Source: Alphaproteobacteria bacterium (GTDB lineage: Bacteria > Pseudomonadota > Alphaproteobacteria > Paracaedibacterales > CAITNM01). Taken from it: a stretch of DNA of 61,416 bases. Location of the stretch: positions 1 through 61,416 of the forward strand of contig CANJXJ010000003.1 in assembly GCA_947478955.1 (NCBI GenBank), in the 5' to 3' direction. This document shows positions 17,344 to 25,627 of the stretch, in pieces; position 1 is the first letter of the stretch; each line of letters starts with the position of its first letter. The notes beneath the pieces are model-generated. The model worked only from the letters and a program-made list of their open reading frames with translations. It searched no databases and was not told the DNA's origin. Made by a program: the position numbers and the translations under genes.

Positions 17344-17482
17344 GTCATTCCCGCGTAGGCGGGAATCCAATTGCTATGCTTGCCTGAATGCGCTCTTAGG
17401 CCGTTTAGAGGTGAGATACTCATGCTCCCTCTGAAGTCCATAATTGCTGGTTTCACTGGTTCCCCGCCTTCGCGGGGATGAC
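17344..17482. repeat. Palindromic element copy C (long 139-nt MITE-like form)
   Basis: The left arm is GTCATTCCCGCGTAGGCGGGAATCCA and the right arm is TGGTTCCCCGCCTTCGCGGGGATGAC, flanking a spacer of about 90 nt. It generates the spurious ORF 17274-17507 (…WIPAYAGMT…). Confidence 0.8.
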
Positions 17483-17552
17483 ATCGAAAAGGCTTAACCT
17501 TGCTCAATAAAAATCTTCTGGGAGGTACCCTGAATGAGGTGAGTGCTGGAAA

Positions 17553-18962
17553 TTATTTTGATTTCACATATAAACTCCGCAGTTTCGAGCTATTCCCTCC
17601 TTCGCCTACTAGCTGGTGCATTGCATCGGTAAATACCACTAGCTCGCCATGGGCTTTACGGCCCTTTTTACGGCCCCGGGCGGTGCGAATCAATTTTTGG
17701 CTCAACACGGCTAAAATTTGCCCACTCAAAAGATTAGGCGTAATGCCTAAATCAATTAAGCGGGCAGCTGCTACAAACGGGCATGAAGCATGCAGTGTGG
17801 CCAACACCAAATGCCCTGTCATGGAAGCACGTAATGCCATTTTAGCGGTATCTTCATCACGAATTTCCCCAATGAGCATAATATCAGGGTCATGACGCAG
17901 CATGGAGCGAACCCCATCAGCAAAGCTCATAATGCCGTTCTCGCTGATTTCGGTTTGCCGTATTCCATTAACCTGGTATTCAATGGGTTGTTCAAGGGTC
18001 ATGATGTTTTTACGGGCGGTATCACACTCTTGTAACAGGGCATGCAGGGTGGTGGTTTTTCCAGAGCCAGTTGGTCCACAGACCAAAAAAAGCCCTGACG
18101 GTTTATTCATGAGGGTGCGCAGGGTGTTAACTTGGTTTTTTGCAAACCCTAGATCTTTTAAAGTTAATGCTTGAGCGTGGGTGGGTAACAGACGTATCAC
18201 CAAACTTTCTCCCCATAGGCATGGGTGAAACGAAACACGGCAATCGAGATGATTGCCATGCACCGTCATGGTGCACCCGCCCGATTGAGGGTGTCTACGT
18301 TCAGCAATATCGAGGTTAGAGAGTACTTTAAACCGCACTGAGGTTTTATCAAACACAGTCGATTCAAAATGTTGATAGGTTATCAGCTCCCCGTGAATGC
18401 GAAATTTGACCAGCACCATTTGTTCCAAGGGGATAAAGTGAATGTCCGATGCTTGTTGGGCAAAGGCTTCATCTAGCAAATTTGCAAAAAGATCTTCAAA
18501 TGATGCATCCGGTGACTGAACCTGTTGCTGGGTAGATAGTTGCAAAGTCTGGAGTAATGACTGTCGGTAGGTATGGTAGAATGCCCAATGAGGCTCTGAT
18601 GGAAAAAAATCTTTAGTTTCTTTTTTTACCAGATCTTGAATCACCACATTTTCAGGATCAAGCATGGCCACATGCAGAGATTCATTAAGCTGAAAGGGGA
18701 TAAGCTCATGCTGTTCACAAAATTCTTTCCCCAATTGAGCAATCAAGGTGATATCAGGCTTAATGGTTTGCAGATCAATGTAAGGGTAGCCAGAAATTTG
18801 GCTAACCAATTCCCCGACTACAGCAGGTGGGGCAAACCGCAAATCAATAAGAATCTCACTTAGAAACCCATTAAGCCTTTGCTGTTCAATAAGGGCAATA
18901 TGAAGCTGGTCAGGGGTGATGACCCCTTTTTCAAGCAGGATCTCTTCAAAACGATGAGGCAA
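17553..18962 (-). CDS. GspE/PilB-family secretion/pilus assembly ATPase (orphan)
   Basis: N-terminal GSPII_E_N/MshEN-like segment (VITPDQLHIALIEQQR...). Walker A GPTGSGKTTTL, Walker B DPDIMLIGEIRD, His box TGHLVLATLH. The C-terminal tail lacks the tetracysteine motif. Confidence 0.8.
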   Translation of the reverse strand: MPHRFEEILLEKGVITPDQLHIALIEQQRLNGFLSEILIDLRFAPPAVVGELVSQISGYPYIDLQTIKPDITLIAQLGKEFCEQHELIPFQLNESLHVAMLDPENVVIQDLVKKETKDFFPSEPHWAFYHTYRQSLLQTLQLSTQQQVQSPDASFEDLFANLLDEAFAQQASDIHFIPLEQMVLVKFRIHGELITYQHFESTVFDKTSVRFKVLSNLDIAERRHPQSGGCTMTVHGNHLDCRVSFHPCLWGESLVIRLLPTHAQALTLKDLGFAKNQVNTLRTLMNKPSGLFLVCGPTGSGKTTTLHALLQECDTARKNIMTLEQPIEYQVNGIRQTEISENGIMSFADGVRSMLRHDPDIMLIGEIRDEDTAKMALRASMTGHLVLATLHASCPFVAAARLIDLGITPNLLSGQILAVLSQKLIRTARGRKKGRKAHGELVVFTDAMHQLVGEGGNSSKLRSLYVKSK

Positions 18963-19015
18963 TGGTATACTGACCTTAATGAACTTGTTGGATTATGGAT
19001 AAAAGGGTTTAAAAA

Positions 19016-19963
19016 TTGATAAATCTTGAACAACTTCTTTGTCAGTGGCAATTAAAGCTTGGTACGCTTAACCGCTCTATCAATACTATCAAGGCGTACT
19101 CTCAGGATTTTTTTGACTTTAAATTTTTTTATAACGATCATCATAATACCACCCTTACCCTTGAAAATTTTAAAAAAGTCACTGCACAAGATATTCGTGC
19201 TTGGTTGTTATATCAACGAAAAAAGGGCATGAATACCCGGTCATCGGCCCGAGGATTAGCAGGCCTTAAGAGTTTTACTCAATTTCTTTTGAGCCAACAA
19301 ATATTGGAAGATCATGCTTTTTTCCATAGTCGTTCGCCAAAGTTGCAAAAAACTTTGCCAAGGCCGGTTAGTATTGAACAAGCGCTTGTGATTACGAATA
19401 CGATTCAGAATATGAGCGAAAATGCATGGGTGGGCCTACGTAATCAGGCTTTAATGCAATTATTATATTATACAGGCATGCGTATTAGTGAGGCGTTGAA
19501 TCTTAATCAGAGATGTTTGAATAGCGGTCAGTTTATTACGGTAATTGGTAAGGGCAAAAAGACTAGGCAGGTTCCGATTATAGATTCCATCAGAGAGGGT
19601 TTGGTTCACTATCTAAAGGTTCAGCCATTTGAAAATGCACCCGATGCCCCCCTGTTTTATGGAGAAATGGGCAAACGCTTGCAACCGGCAATAGCGCAAA
19701 AAGCCTTAAGAGATTTTAGAAGAGCTAATGGCATGCCAGAATCTTTAACACCCCATGCGCTGCGCCACAGTTGCGCCACCCACCTGATGCAGTCATCTCA
19801 TGACCTTAGGGGGATTCAGGAATTGCTAGGTCATGCGTCTTTATCATCAACACAAATTTACACACAACTTGATGAGCTGAGTATGATGAATACCTATAAG
19901 GCTGCTCATCCCAGAGCTCGGAAAATTGGTAGTAGTAAAGAGGCGAGTGTAGCTGAAAAGTGA
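19016..19963 (+). CDS. Tyrosine recombinase XerC/XerD family
   Basis: N-terminal SINTIKAYSQDFFDF core-binding pattern. Catalytic region ...RISEAL..., HALRHSCATHL, LLGHASLSSTQIYT. Confidence 0.8.
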   Translation: MINLEQLLCQWQLKLGTLNRSINTIKAYSQDFFDFKFFYNDHHNTTLTLENFKKVTAQDIRAWLLYQRKKGMNTRSSARGLAGLKSFTQFLLSQQILEDHAFFHSRSPKLQKTLPRPVSIEQALVITNTIQNMSENAWVGLRNQALMQLLYYTGMRISEALNLNQRCLNSGQFITVIGKGKKTRQVPIIDSIREGLVHYLKVQPFENAPDAPLFYGEMGKRLQPAIAQKALRDFRRANGMPESLTPHALRHSCATHLMQSSHDLRGIQELLGHASLSSTQIYTQLDELSMMNTYKAAHPRARKIGSSKEASVAEK

Positions 19964-20014
19964 AATAATAATAAGTATTTTGGCATGAATCGCACGGTAG
20001 TTAGCGTTTTTTAT

Positions 20015-20043
20015 TTGACGGCTAGCTTAAAATTTCTTATTGT
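20015..20043 (+). promoter_or_regulatory. Sigma70-like promoter for tRNA-Tyr
   Basis: TTGACG, a 17-nt spacer, then TATTGT, ending 12 nt before the tRNA 5' end. Confidence 0.4.
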
Positions 20044-20055
20044 TGTCACACCTTT

Positions 20056-20141
20056 GGAAGGGTGGCCGAGTGGTTAAAGGCAGCAGACTGTAAATCTGCC
20101 GACGGATGTCTACGTAGGTTCGAACCCTACCCCTTCCACCA
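20056..20141 (+). tRNA. tRNA-Tyr (anticodon GTA), CCA encoded
   Basis: Acceptor GGAAGGG/CCCTTCC, anticodon arm GCAGA-CTGTAAA-TCTGC, long variable arm, T arm GTAGG-TTCGAAC-CCTAC, then ACCA. Confidence 0.9.
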
Positions 20142-20218
20142 CTTTTCATTATTTTCAGATTTTTCTTGTATAGCAGAGATATCCGCACTTAGCTGAAGTC
20201 TTTATAGGTTTTAATAAC

Positions 20219-20278
20219 ACTCCCTAACCACCCCCGCCCTCAATTGGGTGGGGTAATATTGGGGTGAAAATTCTTAAA
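20219..20278. repeat. G/C-rich hairpin repeat (type 2), copy 2 (inverted relative to copy 1)
   Basis: The reverse complement of 20228-20253 reads CCCCACCCAATTGAGGGCGGGGGTGG, against CCCCACCCAAATGAGGGTGGGGGTGG at 5205-5230. Confidence 0.6.
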
Positions 20279-20331
20279 TTTTTATTAAGAGTACTTTTTT
20301 ATGTAAAATATTTTCCACAAAAACAATTTTC

Positions 20332-21195
20332 TTATCGTTGCAGGCGCTCTAGCAAAATATCCAATTGATCTAGATTTTGAAAATTAATTGTGATGGCTCC
20401 GCCCTGCCCCTTAATGACCATATTAACCTTCATGTTTAAATTCGCGGCCACCTGCTCAGTAATTGCCTGAATATCCGTATCCATAGGGCCAACATATTGC
20501 TTTTCTATTTTAGTGCTAGTTGGCTTGGTAGGATCCTTTGCATTTTTTACCAATTGCTCGGTATCACGTACGTTAAGGTTTTGATCAATAATTTGCTTAA
20601 TAAGCGACTCAGGATCGGTTGCAGTGATGACTGCCCTAGCATGGCCAGCGCTTAGTTTGTTTTCGCGTATCAGCGCCTTTATATGAGGGTCGAGAGTTCC
20701 AAGGCGCATCATGTTTGCCACGTAACTTCTGCTTTTGCCAATGCTGCTGGCGATTTGTTCTTGGGTTAACTTAAATTCTTCCTGTAGCCTTTTGATGGCT
20801 TCGCCTTCTTCAATGGGGTTTAGGTCATGGCGTTGGAGATTTTCAATTAGGCCTATTTCTAAAGCCTCTTGATCATTACAGGTAATGATGACCACAGGAA
20901 CGCGCTCAAGCTTTGCTATTTTTGCTGCTCTCCAACGCCTTTCTCCAGCAATGATTTCAAATTGTCCTGGTTGAAATTGCCTTACAAGTAAAGGCTGAAG
21001 GATTCCTTTTCGCTGGATTGATAGAACCAAATCGTCTAAATTTTCCTGGATAAATTCTTGCCTCGGCTGATGCCTTCCTGGCTGGATTGCTGCAATATCA
21101 ATTGACTGTGGCGTTTGTTGAGCGTGGGGAATGTTTGCCTCGCCAAGTAATGCCGCAAGCCCTTTTCCAAGGATTGGTCTATTTAAGGTGGTCAT
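20332..21195 (-). CDS. parB: Chromosome partitioning protein ParB
   Basis: GLAALLGE, IIAGERRWRAAK and an HTH region. The start is set at ATG 21195 (MTTLNRPILGKGL), one nt after the parA stop. The longer ORF overlaps parA. Confidence 0.9.
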   Translation of the reverse strand: MTTLNRPILGKGLAALLGEANIPHAQQTPQSIDIAAIQPGRHQPRQEFIQENLDDLVLSIQRKGILQPLLVRQFQPGQFEIIAGERRWRAAKIAKLERVPVVIITCNDQEALEIGLIENLQRHDLNPIEEGEAIKRLQEEFKLTQEQIASSIGKSRSYVANMMRLGTLDPHIKALIRENKLSAGHARAVITATDPESLIKQIIDQNLNVRDTEQLVKNAKDPTKPTSTKIEKQYVGPMDTDIQAITEQVAANLNMKVNMVIKGQGGAITINFQNLDQLDILLERLQR

Positions 21196-21196
21196 A

Positions 21197-21967
21197 TTAT
21201 GCTGCCTCTGAACGGTTGATACGGGTGAGTAATTCTTTGGTGGCGTCCATATAGGAAACCGCGCCGGTGCTTTTGACATCGTATAAAATAATTGGTTTCC
21301 CGTGGGACGGTGCCTCAGCAATTTTAACATTTCTGGGAATGACTGAAGAAAAGACGTTTTGCTGAAAGTGAAAACGTATGTCGTTAGCAATTTGTTGATT
21401 AAGCGTGCTGCGCTTATCATACATGGTTAAAAGAATTCCCAGTAATTGGAGCTGTGGGTTTAGGCCTCCTTGAACTCTTTGAATAATCTGCATGATATGG
21501 CTTATTCCTTCAAGGGCGTAATACTCACACTGCATGGGGATAATAATGTGTGAACTGGCCGTTAAGGCATTCACAGTTAAAAGCCCTAAAGAGGGAGGGC
21601 AATCAATGAGGATATAATCGTAATTAGCACGTAATTCAGTGATTTTACGAGCCAAAATAAATTCTCGATTAGGGGCATTTAGTAGTTCAATATCAGCGGC
21701 GGCAAGGTCCATATTTGCGCTGATCAAATCCAAATGGGGGATATAGGTTGTTTGAATGGGGTTGGCTGTATTGCCTGTCATCCATTCATAGGTTCCAGCG
21801 TGCTTTTTATTGCCATTAATCCCGGAAGTACTGTTTCCTTGCGGATCAAAATCAATAAGCAACGTTTTATACCGGGAGGCTGCTATAATGGTTGCGATAT
21901 TAACGGCGGTGGTGGTTTTTCCAACGCCTCCTTTTTGATTCCCAAACATAATAATTTTTGCGGTCAT
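21197..21967 (-). CDS. parA: Chromosome partitioning ATPase ParA/Soj
   Basis: Deviant Walker A GNQKGGVGKTTTAVN, DCPPSLG; 256 aa. Confidence 0.9.
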   Translation of the reverse strand: MTAKIIMFGNQKGGVGKTTTAVNIATIIAASRYKTLLIDFDPQGNSTSGINGNKKHAGTYEWMTGNTANPIQTTYIPHLDLISANMDLAAADIELLNAPNREFILARKITELRANYDYILIDCPPSLGLLTVNALTASSHIIIPMQCEYYALEGISHIMQIIQRVQGGLNPQLQLLGILLTMYDKRSTLNQQIANDIRFHFQQNVFSSVIPRNVKIAEAPSHGKPIILYDVKSTGAVSYMDATKELLTRINRSEAA

Positions 21968-22533
21968 TTTTTATTCACATTCCAAACTTTAATAATGCAC
22001 CCGGTTTCATGGGTTGCGCTTTGAAAGAGTTCACTTTCAAAATTCCAAATTTGTTTAGCCTCTGCAATTTCTTCTTTAGCTTTTTCACCTTTTAAAAAAA
22101 GCCCCCGAGCATTTGGTGTTTCACGTGAAACATTTGTCATGGCATCTAATAAATTTGTAAGAGAAGCAAAAGCACGGCTCGTTACAACTGTTGCATTTTG
22201 TATTTTCACGTCTTGCCAGCGGCTGGTATGCACCGTAATAGGTAACTTGTAAAGATTTTTTATATGGTTTAAAAAAACAGTTTTTTTATTTGTAGGTTCG
22301 ACAAGATGTACATGTCGCGCTCCATCAATTGCTAAAATCATTCCTGGGAAACCTGCGCCTGATCCTATATCGACAATAACGTCTTTTTCATAATCCACGT
22401 AAGTTTTTAGCTGAAGAGAATCTAAAATGTGCCGTTCGTAAATAGCGGGTATTGTGTTTTCCTGCACTAGATTAATTGAGGAGTTCCATTTCAAGAGTTC
22501 ATTTGCGAAAAGTGTATATATTTCTGCGGACAT
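21964..22533 (-). CDS. rsmG: 16S rRNA (guanine527-N7)-methyltransferase RsmG (GidB)
   Basis: DIGSGAGFPG SAM motif, 189 aa, canonical position upstream of parAB. Confidence 0.85.
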   Translation of the reverse strand: MSAEIYTLFANELLKWNSSINLVQENTIPAIYERHILDSLQLKTYVDYEKDVIVDIGSGAGFPGMILAIDGARHVHLVEPTNKKTVFLNHIKNLYKLPITVHTSRWQDVKIQNATVVTSRAFASLTNLLDAMTNVSRETPNARGLFLKGEKAKEEIAEAKQIWNFESELFQSATHETGCIIKVWNVNKK

Positions 22534-22581
22534 TTTTCCAACATTTTTTTAAAGCAAATGATTTTGCCTTTCCTTTGGATT

Positions 22582-23448
22582 TTATGAATCAATTTCTGAT
22601 TTGTCTATAGCATATTTTTTATTGCAGTATTCGCAAACAACTTCCAGGGGTAAATTGGAGGGATCATCTTCGTTAGTGGAATCTAAATTTTTGATAATGT
22701 TTAGAATTTTCTCATGGCTGCAATTACACTTAAAGGACAAAATTGTTTCACGTGAAACAACAGGATTTAATTCTCCAAAAACCAACTCAATCAGGCGTTC
22801 CATAGGCATGCCAGAACCTAACAGCTCATGGGATTTTATCGTTGCTGCAAAGCAGGAAGCCTCATGCCAGATATCACTATCGTCTGCTTCCGCTGATTCC
22901 GCTGAAGATGGCGAGGGCATTTTTTGTAATAGCAACGCAGCGCTTTCAATTTTGTTATCAATGACTGAGCTACATAAAATAACAATTGTTGGAATTTGCA
23001 TTGATTGAATAAAATAGTGTTGGAAGCACTCTTGTAAGGTAGAGGCACTAAGCTCAACAATGGTTTGGTAATACTGGTTCTCAAAATCAATCGTAAAAAC
23101 AAGTTTTCCATTTTGACCAAAAAGCTGCGGGATTGATAAGTCATTGAGATTAGCGGGAGATTCCTTACTCATGGTTGCGCAGCATCTGAAAAATTGACAA
23201 TCAGTAGAATTAACCAAGGCCAATTTAACTGGTGCGGTGCCTGTTAACTGCATTGTGGTATGGGAATTTGATTTGACGTCCATAGAAAAACATTGCGAAA
23301 TAGCAGCCATTTCCGCTAAAAGCGTATTCACCTTTTCGGGGTATTCATGGAGTTGCAGGGAATTTGTAATGGAATCGCCAAGCCGACAAAAATGTCCTTT
23401 CACTGATCCGTTGCTTAGGTAAAATGATAAGCACTTGTCTGATTGCAT
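22582..23448 (-). CDS. hslO: Hsp33 redox-regulated chaperone
   Basis: C-terminal zinc centre CNCSHEK...CEYCNKKY (CxC...CxxC); 288 aa. Confidence 0.8.
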   Translation of the reverse strand: MQSDKCLSFYLSNGSVKGHFCRLGDSITNSLQLHEYPEKVNTLLAEMAAISQCFSMDVKSNSHTTMQLTGTAPVKLALVNSTDCQFFRCCATMSKESPANLNDLSIPQLFGQNGKLVFTIDFENQYYQTIVELSASTLQECFQHYFIQSMQIPTIVILCSSVIDNKIESAALLLQKMPSPSSAESAEADDSDIWHEASCFAATIKSHELLGSGMPMERLIELVFGELNPVVSRETILSFKCNCSHEKILNIIKNLDSTNEDDPSNLPLEVVCEYCNKKYAIDKSEIDS

Positions 23449-23567
23449 GTGTTGATTTTAAAAGATAGTAATGGCATCAAACTATCAAACAAAGACAAAT
23501 TAATCTACATATATTGTCTCAAGTCTCAGACAATGCTAGCGTAACCATTAAGAATAGGGGGCTCTTG

Positions 23568-23927
23568 ATGTATGATCAAAACAATATTTTTGCAAAAATT
23601 CTAAGGGGTGAAATTCCAGCTAAGAAAATTGCTCAGGGGCAGCATTACTTGAGTTTTTACGATATTGCCCCCAAAGCGCCAGTACATGCATTGGTAATTC
23701 CTACAGGGGCTTACCAAAATGCCCATGACTTTTCTGATAAAGCGCCATTAGAGGAGATTGCTGGTTTTTACAAAGGTGTGAATGCAACCCTTGAAGTATT
23801 GGGACTAAAGGAGAGCGGCTACCGCCTTATCGCAAACACAGGTACCCATGGCCACCAAGATGTCCCCCATTTTCACGTCCACATCTTAGGGGGTAAGGAT
23901 CTTGGTCAAATGGTGGTCATGTCATGA
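23568..23927 (+). CDS. HIT-family nucleotide hydrolase/transferase
   Basis: IFAKILRGEIPA and the histidine triad HVPHFHVHILGG. ATG 23568 is preferred over the upstream TTG at 23514. Confidence 0.85.
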   Translation: MYDQNNIFAKILRGEIPAKKIAQGQHYLSFYDIAPKAPVHALVIPTGAYQNAHDFSDKAPLEEIAGFYKGVNATLEVLGLKESGYRLIANTGTHGHQDVPHFHVHILGGKDLGQMVVMS

Positions 23928-24160
23928 ATGTAACCATCCGCACCATTGATAAGATTCTTTTTAGCGATGCAGCACAAGAAATTACCTTGCCTGGGCTTTA
24001 TGGCAAAGTGGGAATTCGCCCGAACCATGCGCCCATGTCTGTAGTGCTAAGTGAAGGAGAAATCCAGATTAAGCTTTCTAGCGGCAATAAAACATTTTCA
24101 ATTGAAAATGGCCTTGCTCAGGTTGGCGATAATGCGGTTAATGTATTGTTAGCTTGTTGA
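23924..24160 (+). CDS. ATP synthase epsilon-subunit-like protein, N-terminal beta-sandwich only
   Basis: The 78-aa product aligns by eye with the AtpC N-domain: FSD..QEITLPGLYGKVGIRPNHAPMSVVLSEGEIQIK....F.I.NGLAQV..N.V.VLL. The ATGA overlap with the HIT stop suggests translational coupling. No helical C-terminal domain is present. Confidence 0.55.
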   Translation: MNVTIRTIDKILFSDAAQEITLPGLYGKVGIRPNHAPMSVVLSEGEIQIKLSSGNKTFSIENGLAQVGDNAVNVLLAC

Positions 24161-24171
24161 AAGTATAGCCA

Positions 24172-24621
24172 ATGCAAGTCACTTTTTATGAGCTTATTGC
24201 CACATCCTTAGAAAAGACTCTGCCTAAGATTCTTGAAAAGGTCTATGAGGGTGGGTTTAAGGCAGTTGTGCGCATTGAAAGCGCTGAGCGTCTAAAATCC
24301 ATTGATAGTGCCATGTGGACTTACACAACCCTAGGATTTTTACCTCATGGTTCAAGTGCAGACCCTGCAGTATTTCATTCCCATCAACCTATTTGGTTAA
24401 CTTTAGGTAAGGATAACCCCATTGATGCAACTGTATTGGTGATAACCACCCAAGAATATGCTACAGATAATTCTTATGATCGAATTTTAGATATTTACGA
24501 TGGAAATGATCCATCAAGTGTTCAATCGGCCAAAGAACGAATGGATGCTTATCAACACGCCGGTAACGAAATTATGCTATGGAAGCAAACCTTAAAGGGT
24601 GCTTGGGAAAAAGGACTATAA
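24172..24621 (+). CDS. holC: DNA polymerase III chi subunit
   Basis: 149 aa. MQVTFYEL..., ...SIDSAMWTY....FLPHG..., ...QPIWL pattern typical of HolC. Confidence 0.7.
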   Translation: MQVTFYELIATSLEKTLPKILEKVYEGGFKAVVRIESAERLKSIDSAMWTYTTLGFLPHGSSADPAVFHSHQPIWLTLGKDNPIDATVLVITTQEYATDNSYDRILDIYDGNDPSSVQSAKERMDAYQHAGNEIMLWKQTLKGAWEKGL

Positions 24622-24625
24622 GCTT

Positions 24626-25627
24626 ATGTCACAAACGAATTTGCAACAAGAATGGCTACAACAAATACAAGCTTCAGAAGATTTAACAATCCTTGATGAT
24701 TTAAGAGTACATCTTCTTGGCAAAAACGGATTAGTGACCCAGCAACTAAAAACCCTAGGCGCTTTGGCGCCCGAAGAACGTAAAGCAAAAGGCGCCGAAA
24801 TTAACGCCATAAAAGACCAAATTGCACTAGCAATTGAAGAAAAGAAAACGTTGCTGGAAGCTCAAGCTCTTGAAAGCCGTTTAGATAATGAAAAAATTGA
24901 TATTACATTGCCGTCAAGACCAGAATCCATGGGTAAAATTCATCCTCTTTCAAAAGCGATTCAAGATATTACCCAGTATTTTTCTCAAGTTGGTTTTCAG
25001 GTTTTTGATGGTCCCCATATTGAAAGCCAAGAACTCAATTTTGATGCATTGAACATTCCTGCTCATCATCCAGCCCGACAGAACCATGATACTTTTTATG
25101 TGGCGGGATCTGATGAAGTTTTACGCACTCACACATCACCAGTGCAAATTAGAACTTTGCGTAATCACAAGCCCCCAATTCGTTTTTTAGCTCCTGGACG
25201 CACATTTCGTAGCGATTATGATGCTACCCATACCCCTATGTTTCATCAAATTGAAGGTGTTGTTATTGAAGAAGGGATTAACTTTGGTCACCTAAAAGGT
25301 ACGTTAATAGATTTTTGTCGATGGTTTTTTGAAAATCCTAATATGAATCTGCGGTTTCGCCCTAGCTTTTTCCCCTTTACAGAACCCTCCGCTGAAGTTG
25401 ATATTTCTTGGAAAAATGATAAGTGGCTTGAAGTCTTAGGTTGTGGAATGATTCACCCCACAGTTTTACAAAATTGTGGTGTTGACCCTAACCAATTTCA
25501 AGGCTTTGCCTTTGGCATGGGGGCAGAACGTCTGACGATGTTAAAATACGGTATTAATGATATTAGGTCATTCTATGATGGGGACACCCGTTGGCTTGAT
25601 CTTTATGGGTTCGGAGCACAGTCATGA
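24626..25627 (+). CDS. pheS: Phenylalanine--tRNA ligase alpha subunit
   Basis: Class II motifs FRSDYDATHTPMFHQIEG and GFAFGMGAERLTMLKYGI. The start is at ATG 24626, after the holC stop. Confidence 0.92.
   Translation: MSQTNLQQEWLQQIQASEDLTILDDLRVHLLGKNGLVTQQLKTLGALAPEERKAKGAEINAIKDQIALAIEEKKTLLEAQALESRLDNEKIDITLPSRPESMGKIHPLSKAIQDITQYFSQVGFQVFDGPHIESQELNFDALNIPAHHPARQNHDTFYVAGSDEVLRTHTSPVQIRTLRNHKPPIRFLAPGRTFRSDYDATHTPMFHQIEGVVIEEGINFGHLKGTLIDFCRWFFENPNMNLRFRPSFFPFTEPSAEVDISWKNDKWLEVLGCGMIHPTVLQNCGVDPNQFQGFAFGMGAERLTMLKYGINDIRSFYDGDTRWLDLYGFGAQS

Noticed and set aside
17274-17507. 77-aa ORF containing ...WIPAYAGMT... and ...HPREGGEPVKP...
   Set aside because: It is encoded entirely by palindromic element copy C. 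The peptide motifs are the typical translation of the repeat arms, not a gene.
17500-18174. Plus-strand ORFs 17500-17895 and 17902-18174
   Set aside because: Both are antisense to the PilB/GspE-like ATPase gene, which has complete NTPase motifs.
20332-21420. Long 362-aa version of parB
   Set aside because: Its first 75 codons overlap the 3' end of parA in another frame. The conserved ParB N-terminus (MTTLNRPILGKGLAALL) starts at ATG 21195, immediately after the parA stop.
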